Counted from the first letter of the stretch, positions 10,748 through 22,091 are shown. The stretch: 64,000 bases of DNA from an uncultured Bacilli bacterium (GCA_944372415.1 CALVZA010000002.1:8358-72357), one strand, 5' to 3'. The notes: a model not told the origin generated them from the letters alone. Numbers and translations: made by a program.

Positions 10748-12694
10748 ATGTTTGAACTAGTTTCTAAGTATAAACCTAGTGGTGATCAGCCTGAAGCAAT
10801 AGAAAAGTTAGTTAATGGTATAAATTCTGGAAAAAGAGATCAAGTATTATTAGGAGCAACTGGAACTGGAAAAACATTTACTATTGCTAACGTTATAGCT
10901 AGCGTTAATAAACCAACTTTAGTTTTAGCACATAATAAGACTTTAGCAGGGCAATTATATAGTGAATTTAAAGAATTATTTCCTAATAATCATGTTGAAT
11001 ATTTTGTTTCTTATTATGATTATTATCAACCTGAAGCTTATGTGCCTAGTAGTGATACTTATATAGAAAAAGATGCAAGTATAAATGATGAAATTGATGA
11101 ATTAAGACACAGTGCTACTGCATCTTTATTAAATAATCCTGATACTATTGTAGTTGCTAGTGTTTCTTGTATATATGGTATTGGTGATGTAGAAGATTAT
11201 AAGGAAAAAATGTTAATAATAAATTTAGGGGATATTATTAAAAGAGAAGATATACTAAAAAGATTAATAGATATGACTTATGAAAGAAATCAATTAGATT
11301 TTCATAGAGGAACATTTAGAGTTAATGGGGATGTAATAGATATTATTCCTATTTCTGAAAAGAAAAATGGTATAAGAATAGAATTATTTGGAGATGAAGT
11401 AGATAAGATAAGTGAATTTGATATTTTAACTGGGGTTGTTAAGCAGAATAAAAAAAGTGTTACTATTTTTCCTGCAAGCCATTTTGTAACTAGTGAAGAT
11501 AAATTAAAAATATCTATTGAAAGAATAGAACGTGAATTAGAAGAACGATTAAAATACTTTAAAGAAAACAATAAATATATTGAAGAGCAAAGATTAAGAG
11601 AAAGAACATTATATGATATAGAAATGTTAAAAGAAACTGGTTTTTGTCACGGTGTAGAAAATTATTCAAGGCATATATCTTTAAGAGATGAGGGAGAAAC
11701 TCCTAATTGTTTGATAGACTTTTTTCCTAAAGATTTTCTATTAGTAATTGATGAATCTCATGTTACTGTTCCACAAATTAGAGGAATGTATAATGGAGAC
11801 AGAATGAGAAAACAAACGTTAGTTGACTATGGTTTTAGACTTCCTAGTGCATTAGATAATAGACCTTTAAAATTTGATGAATTTGAAAACAAAATAAATC
11901 AAGTTATTTATGTTTCTGCAACGCCTGGAGATTATGAGCTTAATTTAGTTGATAATAAATATATTGAACAAATAATTAGACCAACAGGACTTTTAGATCC
12001 TACAATTGAAGTACGAAAAACTGAAGGTCAAATAGATGATTTAATTGGTGAAATTAATAAAAGAAAAGATCTAAATGAGAGAGTTTTAATTACAACATTA
12101 ACTATAAGGATGGCTGAAGAGTTAACTAATTATTTAAAAGGAATAGGAATTAGTGTTGCTTATCTACATAGTGAAGTTAAAACTTTAGAAAGAATGAAAA
12201 TAATAAGGGAATTAAGATTAGGTACATATGATGTAGTGGTTGGTATAAATTTGTTAAGAGAAGGTATAGATATACCAGAAGTTAGTTTAATAGCTATAAT
12301 GGACGCTGATAAACAAGGTTTCTTAAGAAGTGAAAGAAGTTTAATTCAAACTATTGGAAGATGTGCTAGAAATGAGAATGGACATGTTATTATGTATGCT
12401 GATCATATAAGTGAAGCAATGGATAAAAGTATAAAAGAAACAGAACGTAGAAGAGAAATTCAAGATGAATATAATAAAGTTCATGGAATAGTACCAAAAA
12501 CTATAATTAAATCAGTTAAGGAACTTATAAGTAATGAAGTAGAAGAAAAGATGGAAAATGTTAAATTATCTAAGAAAGAAAAAGCTGATATGTTGATAAA
12601 GATAGAAAATGAAATGAAAGAAGCTGCTAAAAATATGGATTTTGAAAGGGCAATGGAATTAAGAGATATCTTATTTGAGTTAAGGAGTGAATAA
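10748..12694 (+). CDS. uvrB: excinuclease ABC subunit B
   Basis: GATGTGKT Walker A, helicase motifs, C-terminal UVR domain; start placed at ATG 10748 after a GGAAGGA RBS. Confidence 0.95.
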   Translation: MFELVSKYKPSGDQPEAIEKLVNGINSGKRDQVLLGATGTGKTFTIANVIASVNKPTLVLAHNKTLAGQLYSEFKELFPNNHVEYFVSYYDYYQPEAYVPSSDTYIEKDASINDEIDELRHSATASLLNNPDTIVVASVSCIYGIGDVEDYKEKMLIINLGDIIKREDILKRLIDMTYERNQLDFHRGTFRVNGDVIDIIPISEKKNGIRIELFGDEVDKISEFDILTGVVKQNKKSVTIFPASHFVTSEDKLKISIERIERELEERLKYFKENNKYIEEQRLRERTLYDIEMLKETGFCHGVENYSRHISLRDEGETPNCLIDFFPKDFLLVIDESHVTVPQIRGMYNGDRMRKQTLVDYGFRLPSALDNRPLKFDEFENKINQVIYVSATPGDYELNLVDNKYIEQIIRPTGLLDPTIEVRKTEGQIDDLIGEINKRKDLNERVLITTLTIRMAEELTNYLKGIGISVAYLHSEVKTLERMKIIRELRLGTYDVVVGINLLREGIDIPEVSLIAIMDADKQGFLRSERSLIQTIGRCARNENGHVIMYADHISEAMDKSIKETERRREIQDEYNKVHGIVPKTIIKSVKELISNEVEEKMENVKLSKKEKADMLIKIENEMKEAAKNMDFERAMELRDILFELRSE

Positions 12695-12768
12695 AATATA
12701 CTCTCTTTTCTTATTGACGAAAATGTTAATTTGTAATAAAATATTTTATATTAAATGGAGTTGGTTAT

Positions 12769-14391
12769 GTGAAAAAAACTTATATTTTTGGGCATAAAAA
12801 TCCTGATACGGATAGTGTTTGTTCTGCAATAAGTTTAAGTTATTTAAAGAATCAATTAGGTTATAATACAGAGCCTAGAATTTTAAGTGATATTAATGAA
12901 GAAACAAAATTTGTTTTAAATTATTTTAATATAAATATTCCTAAATATTTAGAAGATGTTAAAGTAAAAATAAAGGATATTACTTATCATAAAGATTATA
13001 TAATTAAAGAAAGTACTAGTATTTATGATACGTATAATTTTATGAATGAAAAGAATATCACTGGTATTCCTCTAGTTAATGATTATAAAAAATTTGTTGG
13101 TTATGTTTCTTTAAAAGAGATTGCTAGAACTATGATCACAGATAATAATAATTATTTAGAAACTACTTTTGATAATATTGTTAGTACTTTAAAAAGTTCG
13201 AATTTTATAAAAGTAGATGATGAAATAAGTGGTAATATTGTGGCTGCTACTTTTGATGATAATACCTTTATTAATAATGTAAAATTAAATAATGATAGTA
13301 TAGTTATTGTTGGTGATAGACAAATTATTATTGATTATGCTATTAAGTCTAAGGTAAAATTAATTATTTTGATTGGGGATCAAGAATTATCAACTACTCA
13401 GTTATTAATTGCTAAATCTAATAATGTTAATATTATTTGTACACCTTATACTAGTTTTGAAACAAGTAAGTTATTAGGATTAACTAATAAAATTAGTACT
13501 ATAAAACGTAATGAGAACTGTATTTGTTTAGATACTGAAGATTATATGACTGATTTTATAGAAATTTCTAATAAAACTAAACATACAAATTATCCTATAG
13601 TTAATAAAAGGGGAATTTGTTATGGGTTATTAAGATTAATAGATATTAATGAATATGAAAAAAATAAAGTTATTTTAGTAGACCATAATTCAGTAAAACA
13701 AAGCGTAGATGGACTAGAAGAAGCAGAAATATTAGAAATAGTAGATCATCATAATATAAGTGATATTAATACTAGTAAACCAATTAATTTTAGAAATATG
13801 TCAGTAGGAAGTGTAAATACAATAATTTTCTATTTATATAAGGAAAATAATATTAGTATTCCTGATGATATTGCTGGGTTAATGTTGAGTGGAATTATTT
13901 CAGATACTTTGCTTTTAAACAGTCCTACAACTACTTATCACGATACATTTGTAGTTTTAGAACTTTCTAAACAAATTAATATAGATTATAAAGATTATGG
14001 TATGAAACTTTTAAAAAGTGGAATGAATTTTAAAGGTTATAGTATTGAAGATATAATTTATAGAGATTATAAAACATTTACTGTAAATGATTATAAATTT
14101 AGTATTGGACAATTATTAACAGTTGATTTTGATGATTTTAAAGACAATATTGATAGTTATGTTAAAGCATTAGATGAAATAAGTTTAAAAAATGGTTATA
14201 AAATAACTGCTTTATTTATAACTAATATATTAACTAAACAATCAATGGTTTTGTATAATACGTCTTCTAAAAATATTATTAAAGAAGCATATTCATTAGA
14301 TGAAGTTTATGAAGGTATAATAATTGAAGGTATACTATCTAGAAAAAAACAAATAGTTCCTAATATTATGGGAGTTTTAGAGAGAATGTAA
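12769..14391 (+). CDS. ppaC: CBS-domain-containing family II (Mn-dependent) inorganic pyrophosphatase
   Basis: DHH N-domain (HKNPDTDS, VDHHN), inserted CBS pair, DHHA2 C-domain; GTG start with GGAG RBS. Confidence 0.8.
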   Translation: MKKTYIFGHKNPDTDSVCSAISLSYLKNQLGYNTEPRILSDINEETKFVLNYFNINIPKYLEDVKVKIKDITYHKDYIIKESTSIYDTYNFMNEKNITGIPLVNDYKKFVGYVSLKEIARTMITDNNNYLETTFDNIVSTLKSSNFIKVDDEISGNIVAATFDDNTFINNVKLNNDSIVIVGDRQIIIDYAIKSKVKLIILIGDQELSTTQLLIAKSNNVNIICTPYTSFETSKLLGLTNKISTIKRNENCICLDTEDYMTDFIEISNKTKHTNYPIVNKRGICYGLLRLIDINEYEKNKVILVDHNSVKQSVDGLEEAEILEIVDHHNISDINTSKPINFRNMSVGSVNTIIFYLYKENNISIPDDIAGLMLSGIISDTLLLNSPTTTYHDTFVVLELSKQINIDYKDYGMKLLKSGMNFKGYSIEDIIYRDYKTFTVNDYKFSIGQLLTVDFDDFKDNIDSYVKALDEISLKNGYKITALFITNILTKQSMVLYNTSSKNIIKEAYSLDEVYEGIIIEGILSRKKQIVPNIMGVLERM

Positions 14392-14581
14392 ATGATATAA
14401 AATGTTAAATGTTTATATCATTTTTTGTTATATTAAAGTTTATATATTTAAATTATTAAATTAATATAAGTTAAAATAATTTAATAAAAAGTGAATGTTT
14501 TATAAGATTTTATAAAAAAATAAAAATCAAGGTTTAGATTATTGTGATTTGTTTTCCCTTAATTTTTATATTAATAAGTTT

Positions 14582-14905
14582 TTAACTATTTAAACCGTCT
14601 ATGTAACCAATAATTTTATTTTTTTTATCTTTTGTCATTTTATCAAATAAATCTAATAACATTAAATCTGTTACATCAAAACCATTCTTTTTAATACTTA
14701 ACAATGGCATATCGTCATTAATTCTACCTAATAAATAATCTGTAGATGTTCCTAGAAAATCTGCTATTTTTATTAAAGTTTCTACTGAAGGGTATGCTTT
14801 CCCTGACTCATATGCTGATATAGTTTCTTGGCTTACTTCTGCTGCTATACTAAGACGTACTTGAGTTATTTTCTTTTTCTCTCTTATTTTTTTTAAATTC
14901 TCCAT
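14582..14905 (-). CDS. XRE-family HTH transcriptional regulator
   Basis: N-terminal HTH_3 (ITQVRLSIAAEVSQETISAYESG); divergent from the P-type ATPase gene. Confidence 0.8.
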   Translation of the reverse strand: MENLKKIREKKKITQVRLSIAAEVSQETISAYESGKAYPSVETLIKIADFLGTSTDYLLGRINDDMPLLSIKKNGFDVTDLMLLDLFDKMTKDKKNKIIGYIDGLNS

Positions 14906-15104
14906 ATTACACCTCTTATATATATTATTGTATAGGAAATATTAATATATTTAAGATATAGAAAATATATTAATGTATGTATCGTATTTGTTTTTTTATT
15001 GCATTTATTTCAACATTTTGTTATAAAAAGTATTATTTAGTCGAAAAATAGTTATTTGGTTTTAATATTATTTTTGTTTCATAGATTTATTTAGGAGGAC
15101 AAAG

Positions 15105-17660
15105 ATGGAACTAAATGGACTAAATGATGAACAAGTTATTAAAAATAGAAAAAAGTATGGTATAAATTCAGTTACAGAAACTAAACAAAATAGTTTTTTG
15201 TCATTAATGATAGAATCTTTAGGGGATCCAATAATAAAAATTCTTTTAGTTGCTCTTGTAGTAAAGATAGTTTTTTTATTTAGAAATTTTGATTGGTTTG
15301 AAACATTAGGAATACTAATAGCAGTATTTTTAGCATCTTTTATATCAAGTATTAGTGAATATGGTAGTGAAAAGGCTTTTAAAAGATTACAAGAAAAATC
15401 AATGGACATAGAGGTTAAGGTTAAGAGGAATAATAATTTAGTTAAAATAAATATAAAAGATGTAGTAGTAGATGATCTTGTTTATTTAGAGAGTGGTGAC
15501 TTAGTTCCAGCTGATGGAAAAATAGTGTATGGTGGGGTTAGTGTTGATGAGTCTGCATTGAATGGTGAAACTAAAGAAAGTTTAAAGAATTTGAGTGATG
15601 AAGTGTTAAAGGGTAGTATTATTTGTGACGGTAGTTGTTATTTAAAAATTTTAAGAGTTGGTAAGAATACATTATATGGCAATATAGAAACAGAAATTAT
15701 GTCAAAGACTATAGAAAGTCCTCTTAAATCTAGATTGCACGTATTGGCAAAAACTATTAGTAAAATAGGTTATATTGGTTCTTTTTTAGTAGTTATAAGT
15801 TATTTATTTTCTCAAATTGTTATTAATAATAATTTTCAACCTGATTTGATAATGGAAACTGTTTTAAATCCTAAGTTAATGATAGACTATCTTATTTATT
15901 CTTTGACTTTATGTGTTACTGTAATAATTGTTGCAGTTCCTGAGGGTTTACCTATGATGGTTGCTTTAGTATTATCTAGTAATATGAAAAGAATGTTAAA
16001 AAATAATGTAATGGTTAGAAAAATGGTTGGTATTGAAACTGCTGGTAATATTAATATTTTATTTACTGATAAAACTGGTACTATAACTAATGGAAAGTTA
16101 AATGTAAAAAATATAATTAATTATAAAGGAATAGAATGTAATAATACTAAATATAGAAAAATATTTTTAGAAAGTTTATTATATAATAATCAAAGTAGTT
16201 ATAATAATGGAGAAATCATAGGTGGAAATACTACTGATCAGGCTATAATGAGATATTTAAAGTTAGTTAGACAAGAAGATTATGAACACGTAGTATTATT
16301 TAATAGTAAAAATAAATATTCTGTTACTAAGATGGTTAATAAAGATATATTTTATTTTAAAGGTGCTAATGAAGTAATTATAGAAAATAGTGAATTTTAT
16401 TTAGATGAACTTGGTTATAAACAATTAATAAGAGATAAGAAAAAATTTTATGAAGTTGTAAAAAATTTAACTAAGGAAGGTTTGCGAGTTATAAGTGTAG
16501 CATATAAAAGCAAAGATAGTAATTTAAATAGTTTATGTTTTATAGGGTTTGTTGTTATTAAAGATGAAATACGAGAAAATGCTAGTGAAGGAATTAATTT
16601 TGTTAATTCTGCTCATATACAGACAGTAATGATTACAGGTGATGATAGAGAAACTGCTTTATCAATAGGAAGAGAAGTAGGTTTAATAAAAAGTATTAAT
16701 GATTTAGTTTTAACTCACGATGATTTAGAACATATGAGTGATGATGCAATAAGTAATATTATAAAAAATTTAAAAGTTGTAGCTCGTGCTTTGCCAACTG
16801 ATAAAAGTAGATTAGTTAAAATTTGTCAAAAAAATGGTTTAGTTGTTGGGATGACAGGAGACGGAGTAAATGATGCTCCAGCGCTTAAATTATCTGATGT
16901 TGGTTTCGCTATGGGAAGCGGTACTGAAATTGCAAAAGAAAGTAGCGATATAGTTATATTAGATAATAATTTAATATCAATTGGTAATTCAGTATTATAT
17001 GGAAGAACAATATTTAAAAGTATAAGAAAATTTATTATATATCAATTAACTGTAAATTGTTGTGCTTTGATATTAAGTATCGTAGGACCTTTTATAGGTA
17101 TTCCAACTCCTATTACTGTAATACAAATGTTATGGATAAATATGATAATGGATACTTTAGCAGGGTTAGCATTTAGTTATGAGGCTCCTTTAAAATTTTA
17201 TTTAAAAGAAAAGCCTAAGAAACGTAATGATCCTATTATAAATAAGTTTATGTATACACAGATATTAGTTTTAGGTATATATTCTTCCTTTGTATGTATA
17301 TTATTTTTAACTAATAGTTCTATAAAAAGTTTGTTTAGAAGTGGTGTAAATAATATATATCATATGACAGGTTTTTTTGCTCTATTTATATTTATGGGTA
17401 TTTTTAATGCTTTTAATGCTAGAACTACAAGATTAAATTTGTTAAATAATATAAAAAATAATAAAGTATTTATAATATTATTTATGTGTATAAGTATAGT
17501 TCAGATGTATTTAATTTATTATGGAGGTAGTTTATTTAGAACTTATGGTTTATCTTTAAAAGAATTATTAATTGTATTAGGGGTGTCTTTTACTGTTATA
17601 CCAATAGATTTTTTAAGAAAACTATTATTTAAAAGAAAAGGTGTAATTGATTACATATAA
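15105..17660 (+). CDS. P-type cation-transporting ATPase (Ca2+-type, P2)
   Basis: PEGLP, DKTGTIT phosphorylation site, MTGDGVNDAPAL hinge, 8-10 TM. Confidence 0.85.
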   Translation: MELNGLNDEQVIKNRKKYGINSVTETKQNSFLSLMIESLGDPIIKILLVALVVKIVFLFRNFDWFETLGILIAVFLASFISSISEYGSEKAFKRLQEKSMDIEVKVKRNNNLVKINIKDVVVDDLVYLESGDLVPADGKIVYGGVSVDESALNGETKESLKNLSDEVLKGSIICDGSCYLKILRVGKNTLYGNIETEIMSKTIESPLKSRLHVLAKTISKIGYIGSFLVVISYLFSQIVINNNFQPDLIMETVLNPKLMIDYLIYSLTLCVTVIIVAVPEGLPMMVALVLSSNMKRMLKNNVMVRKMVGIETAGNINILFTDKTGTITNGKLNVKNIINYKGIECNNTKYRKIFLESLLYNNQSSYNNGEIIGGNTTDQAIMRYLKLVRQEDYEHVVLFNSKNKYSVTKMVNKDIFYFKGANEVIIENSEFYLDELGYKQLIRDKKKFYEVVKNLTKEGLRVISVAYKSKDSNLNSLCFIGFVVIKDEIRENASEGINFVNSAHIQTVMITGDDRETALSIGREVGLIKSINDLVLTHDDLEHMSDDAISNIIKNLKVVARALPTDKSRLVKICQKNGLVVGMTGDGVNDAPALKLSDVGFAMGSGTEIAKESSDIVILDNNLISIGNSVLYGRTIFKSIRKFIIYQLTVNCCALILSIVGPFIGIPTPITVIQMLWINMIMDTLAGLAFSYEAPLKFYLKEKPKKRNDPIINKFMYTQILVLGIYSSFVCILFLTNSSIKSLFRSGVNNIYHMTGFFALFIFMGIFNAFNARTTRLNLLNNIKNNKVFIILFMCISIVQMYLIYYGGSLFRTYGLSLKELLIVLGVSFTVIPIDFLRKLLFKRKGVIDYI

Positions 17661-18139
17661 CCATTTATAATAGTGCGTGTTTCTTTAATTGTTATGAATG
17701 CAGTATTATCTAATTTGTTTAAAAGATTAGTTAGTTCACTTAATCTTTTTTTATTTGTTTCTATTAGCAACATAGTTTTGTTTGCATCTTTATTTAATAT
17801 TGAAACTCCAAAGTCTGAATCTTTTATTTTTTTAGTAGTTTTAATTTTTGTAGATATTACTATTATTTCTAAATTAGTTTTAATAAATTTATCTGTTATT
17901 ATAGTGCCTATAATAGTCCCAGTTGTATAGCCTCCTGAATAACTTAATACTATAAATATATTTAGTTCTGTATTTAGGGCAGTTCTTGCAACTAAGAACC
18001 ATATAGTTATTTCTAAGAATGCTATAATGGCTACTATAAAAGTCTTTCCTCTTAGTACAAATGTTGTTCTTATTGTATTAAGTGATACATCTAGAATTCT
18101 TGCAAAGAATATTTTTAAGCATATAAATAGTAGAGTCAT
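17651..18139 (-). CDS. UPF0316/DUF2179 family membrane protein
   Basis: N-terminal TMs plus C-terminal DUF2179-like region (LIETNKKRLSELTNLL). Confidence 0.55.
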   Translation of the reverse strand: MTLLFICLKIFFARILDVSLNTIRTTFVLRGKTFIVAIIAFLEITIWFLVARTALNTELNIFIVLSYSGGYTTGTIIGTIITDKFIKTNLEIIVISTKIKTTKKIKDSDFGVSILNKDANKTMLLIETNKKRLSELTNLLNKLDNTAFITIKETRTIINGYM

Positions 18140-18157
18140 ATAATCACCAATATTAGT

Positions 18158-18688
18158 ATGAAGTTTATTTTTTTAGATATACTAATAAAGGTGAATGATA
18201 TGTATTTAATAAATGTCTTTTTATTTTATTCTATTTTAGGAAATATATTTGAAAGAATACTAATGTACTTTGTTGATAGAACTTATGTAAGTGGTTTTAT
18301 GGGGACTATATTTACTCCTATATATGGAATTGCAATGCTATTAGTTTTATTTGTTCATAATAAATTAAAAATAGGAAATAAGTTTTTAAAAATAATAGTT
18401 GAATTTATAATATTTTTTATATTATTAAGTTTAATTGAATTATTAGGTGGGGTGTTAATTTATAATATTTTTAATAAGGTATATTGGAATTATGATAATT
18501 ATAAATTTAATTTAGGAAAGTATATTAGTTTAGAAAGTGGTTTAATATGGGCTAGTATGTCTTTAGTAATATTATATTTAGTACACCCGTTATTTAAAAA
18601 AATAGAGAATCATATTCCTAAATTTATTACTATTTTTGTAAGTGTGGTATTTATTGTGAATATAATTTTTGTATTTTTAGTTAAATAA
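18158..18688 (+). CDS. polytopic membrane protein, hypothetical
   Basis: 4-5 TM segments. Confidence 0.4.
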   Translation: MKFIFLDILIKVNDMYLINVFLFYSILGNIFERILMYFVDRTYVSGFMGTIFTPIYGIAMLLVLFVHNKLKIGNKFLKIIVEFIIFFILLSLIELLGGVLIYNIFNKVYWNYDNYKFNLGKYISLESGLIWASMSLVILYLVHPLFKKIENHIPKFITIFVSVVFIVNIIFVFLVK

Positions 18689-18736
18689 CCTAAGATATTA
18701 TATTTAATAAACATAATATAAGTTGGAGGTTATATT

Positions 18737-19240
18737 ATGTTGTTTGAACTAAATGATAAAGATGTTTATGATATTGATTTAGATTATTTTAATTTAAATA
18801 AAAATGATATAAAAAATTATAATTTTATAAATAATAATTATGATAATATGTATGATTATAATAAACTTAGTAGTTATGAAAATAAAAAAAATAATATAGA
18901 TGTAGAGAATGGATATTATTTGGGAAATATGTTTGTAGATAGCTATAACCCTTATAAAAATTATAAACCAAAAAGAGTTAATGCTTATAGTGAACAACAA
19001 AAAATGTTATTGCGTATTTATGAATTAGATTTTATGTTAAATGATTTAAATTTATATTTAGATGTTAATCCGAAAGATAATAGGGTATTTGAAATGTTTA
19101 AAAAATGTTCAAAAGAGTTAGATATGTTAAAAAAGAAATATTATGAAAAGTATCAAGTATTAGAATTATGTTATGATACTAAAAATAGATATACGTGGTT
19201 AGATAATCCGTGGCCATGGGATGGAGGTTATTATGTTTAA
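18737..19240 (+). CDS. cotJB: spore coat protein CotJB-like (enlarged, possible CotJA-CotJB fusion)
   Basis: C-terminal LLRIYELDFMLNDLNLYLDVNPKD...NPWPW matches the CotJB core; extra Tyr/Asn-rich N-terminal ~80 aa; immediately precedes cotJC. Confidence 0.7.
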   Translation: MLFELNDKDVYDIDLDYFNLNKNDIKNYNFINNNYDNMYDYNKLSSYENKKNNIDVENGYYLGNMFVDSYNPYKNYKPKRVNAYSEQQKMLLRIYELDFMLNDLNLYLDVNPKDNRVFEMFKKCSKELDMLKKKYYEKYQVLELCYDTKNRYTWLDNPWPWDGGYYV

Positions 19241-19790
19241 GTATGATAAAAAACTTCCTTATCCAGTTGATATAAAGAAAAAAGATTTAAAAATGGCTAA
19301 GTATATTTTAACGCAATTTGGAGGTTCTAATGGAGAGTTAGGTGCAGCATTAAGATATTTTAGTCAAAAGTTTAGTATGCCAACGGAAGAAGGTAAAGCG
19401 TTATTAAATGATATTGCAACTGAAGAGTTGGGACATAATGAAATGATTTGTACTATGGTAAATCAATTAGTAAGTGGTGCTAGTTTAAAAGAATTAGAAA
19501 ATGCTGGTTTGGCTAGTCAATATACTGAGCACGGGTATGGTATTTACCCAACCGATTCTAATGGTGTACCATTTACTGTTAGTTATTTTGCAAGTGTAGG
19601 AGACCCTATTGCCAATTTAGTAGAAGATATGGCAGCAGAACAGAAAGCAAAAGTTACTTATGAACATTTAATTGATTTGGCTAGTGATGAGGATGTTATA
19701 CAACCTTTATTATTTTTAAGACAAAGAGAAATTGTACATTTTAATAGATTTAAAGAATTATATGAAAAATATTTAAGTCAAGGTTATTAA
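19221..19790 (+). CDS. cotJC: spore coat protein CotJC (manganese catalase/ferritin-like family)
   Basis: GELGAALRYFSQ...EELGHNEM di-metal motifs typical of the Mn-catalase family. Confidence 0.85.
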   Translation: MEVIMFKYDKKLPYPVDIKKKDLKMAKYILTQFGGSNGELGAALRYFSQKFSMPTEEGKALLNDIATEELGHNEMICTMVNQLVSGASLKELENAGLASQYTEHGYGIYPTDSNGVPFTVSYFASVGDPIANLVEDMAAEQKAKVTYEHLIDLASDEDVIQPLLFLRQREIVHFNRFKELYEKYLSQGY

Positions 19791-19891
19791 TCTTGATTTT
19801 TTTCGTAAATATACATTTTTAAATTTATTTTGTTAATTTACTTCTTATTATGCTTGTGGTAAAATATAATTAATGAAAGGGACGAAAACTT

Positions 19892-20380
19892 ATGAAGAAA
19901 GAAAGGGTTGTACCTAAGAAAAATTATTTATATTTATTAATTATGATAATTTCGGTAGTATTTGTTACTTTTCTTATTTTTGAAATAAATGAAAAGTATC
20001 AGTCTAGAAAATTAGAAAGTAGTTATTTAGATGGTTATGTTAATAAAATAAGTTTAAATGAAGTAAATGATATTTTAACTGAACCTAGTAGTGAAATGTT
20101 TATTTTAGTTACTAAAACTAATGATGAAGAAGTATATAATTTTGAAGTGGAGTTAGCAAAAGTAATAAAGAAAAATGATTTGAGAGATAATTTTATTTAT
20201 ATTGATTTTACTGATGGAGATATTGCTGAATTAAATAAAATGTTAGGAAGTAATATTAGTAGTATTCCAGCAATAATATATTTAAGAAATGGTGAATTTG
20301 TTAAGAATATTGATAGTAGTATTTCGAAATTAAAGGTTGCTGATTTCCAACAATTACTAGATGAATATGAGGTAAAATAG
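19892..20380 (+). CDS. membrane-anchored thioredoxin-fold-like protein (no CxxC)
   Basis: N-terminal TM; thioredoxin-like secondary pattern but no catalytic cysteines. Confidence 0.35.
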   Translation: MKKERVVPKKNYLYLLIMIISVVFVTFLIFEINEKYQSRKLESSYLDGYVNKISLNEVNDILTEPSSEMFILVTKTNDEEVYNFEVELAKVIKKNDLRDNFIYIDFTDGDIAELNKMLGSNISSIPAIIYLRNGEFVKNIDSSISKLKVADFQQLLDEYEVK

Positions 20381-20892
20381 TGATAAATATAGTTTTATTT
20401 GAACCTGAAATTCCTGGTAATACAGGAAATATAATGAGAACTTGTGTTGCAACTGGTACAAAATTACATTTAATAAAACCATTAGGCTTTAGTTTGGATG
20501 ATAAGTATATTAAAAGAAGTGGTGTAAATTATATTGAAAATTGCCATTACATTGTTTATGAAAATATAGAAGATTTTTTTAGTAAGAATAATGGGACTTA
20601 TTATTTTTTAACAAGATATGGCAAAAAACCTCATACTAGTTTTGATTATAGCAACAAAGATGAAAATATATATTTTATATTTGGAAAAGAATCTACTGGA
20701 ATACCACCTAAAATTTTAAAACCTTATATTGATAAGTGTATGAGAATACCTATGACAGATAAAGTTAGAGCATTAAATTTATCAAATTCTGTTGCTATTA
20801 TGGTATACGAGGCTTTAAGACAACAAGATTTTAGAGATTTATTGTTTACAGAGCCACATAAAAGTGAAGATTTTATTGTGGAAAATGGTTAA
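20380..20892 (+). CDS. trmL: tRNA (cytidine/uridine-2'-O)-methyltransferase TrmL (SpoU family)
   Basis: FEPEIPGNTGNIMRTC and C-terminal SpoU motifs. Confidence 0.85.
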   Translation: MINIVLFEPEIPGNTGNIMRTCVATGTKLHLIKPLGFSLDDKYIKRSGVNYIENCHYIVYENIEDFFSKNNGTYYFLTRYGKKPHTSFDYSNKDENIYFIFGKESTGIPPKILKPYIDKCMRIPMTDKVRALNLSNSVAIMVYEALRQQDFRDLLFTEPHKSEDFIVENG

Positions 20893-21004
20893 GGATAATT
20901 AGTTTATTCTTTTTTTATTAAATTTTGTAAAAGGTAATATATAATTTGTGAAAAAAAATAAAAGTAGTGTATAATAAAATTAGTAATTTAGATAAGGAGA
21001 GTTT

Positions 21005-21715
21005 ATGAAGGGTGAATTAAAAATACCTAATCACGTTGCTATAATTATGGATGGTAATGGAAGGTGGGCTAAGGCTAGAGGAAAAAATAGAAGTTTTGGT
21101 CATTTAGAAGGAAGTAAAAGCTTGGAAAAAATTGCACTTTATGCAATGTCAAGAGGTGTTAAAATATTGAGTGTTTTTGCTTTTTCTACAGATAATTTTA
21201 AAAGAAGTGAAAGTGAAGTAAATTATTTAATGGATTTATTTATTAATATGTTTACTAAAAAGATGAATAAGATTATTGCAAATGATATAAAAGTTGTTTT
21301 TTCTGGTAGGAAAGAAAATTTAAGATTAGATGTATTAGATGCTATGAATATTATAGTTGATAAAACTAAGAATAACCAAAGTGGAATATTAAATATTTGT
21401 TTAAACTATGGTGGTCAAGAAGAAATAGTAGATGCTGTTAATAATATAGTAAAGTTGGTTAAAGAAAATAAATTGAGTGTAGATGATATAGATAAAAATA
21501 CTTTTTATAAATATTTATATCAAAATTTGGGCCCAATTGATTTATTAATAAGAACTAGTGGAGAATATAGAATTAGTAATTTTATGATGTATCAAAGTTC
21601 TTATTCTGAATTTTATTTTACAGATGTTTTATTTCCTGATTTCAATGAAGAAGAGTTTGATAAGGCTATTATAAGTTTTAATAATAGAGATAGACGCTAT
21701 GGTAATGCAAAATAA
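21005..21715 (+). CDS. uppS: undecaprenyl diphosphate synthase
   Basis: HVAIIMDGNGRWA and cis-prenyltransferase motifs. Confidence 0.9.
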   Translation: MKGELKIPNHVAIIMDGNGRWAKARGKNRSFGHLEGSKSLEKIALYAMSRGVKILSVFAFSTDNFKRSESEVNYLMDLFINMFTKKMNKIIANDIKVVFSGRKENLRLDVLDAMNIIVDKTKNNQSGILNICLNYGGQEEIVDAVNNIVKLVKENKLSVDDIDKNTFYKYLYQNLGPIDLLIRTSGEYRISNFMMYQSSYSEFYFTDVLFPDFNEEEFDKAIISFNNRDRRYGNAK

Positions 21716-21732
21716 AAAACTAGATAACTAGT

Positions 21733-21984
21733 TTATTTATTTTGGCAACTACATGAGCAAGTTTCATCGCAGTCGCATTTTTCATTTTCTTTGCAGTTAC
21801 ATTTATCATCTATTAATATTGCGCTTACTGGACAACCTTCACTCGCTTCTATTGCTTCGTCTGTAATTTTATCACTTATCATATTTGCTCTTCCTTCATC
21901 ATCACAAGTAAAGTTTTCTTGTGCAATACTAAAGCAATATCCACAACCGATACATCTATCTTTTTCAAATATAATTTTTCCCAT
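21733..21984 (-). CDS. 4Fe-4S ferredoxin with Cys-rich metallothionein-like C-terminal tail
   Basis: CIGCGYC...CP cluster-binding motif, then CNCKENEKCDCDETCSCSCQNK tail. Confidence 0.7.
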   Translation of the reverse strand: MGKIIFEKDRCIGCGYCFSIAQENFTCDDEGRANMISDKITDEAIEASEGCPVSAILIDDKCNCKENEKCDCDETCSCSCQNK

Positions 21985-22091
21985 TCTTTTTCCTCATTTC
22001 TAAAAATATTATAAATCATAAAAATATATTATTCAATGAAAAAAATGTAGAATAATGTTGTAAACTATGATATTATTAACATGATAGGTGA

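Noticed and set aside
11302-11571. 89-aa antisense ORF inside uvrB
   Set aside because: It is embedded in the well-supported uvrB frame. This is typical of AT-rich antisense frames that are poor in stop codons.
15068-15409. 113-aa minus-strand ORF overlapping the start of the P-type ATPase gene
   Set aside because: It overlaps the conserved ATPase N-terminus and has no RBS or motif.
17673-17930. 85-aa plus-strand ORF antisense to the DUF2179 gene
   Set aside because: It is hydrophobic, low-complexity antisense translation; the minus-strand gene has the family signature.
18794-19000. Ile-rich 68-aa antisense ORF inside cotJB
   Set aside because: It is an artefact of the AAT/ATA-rich sequence.
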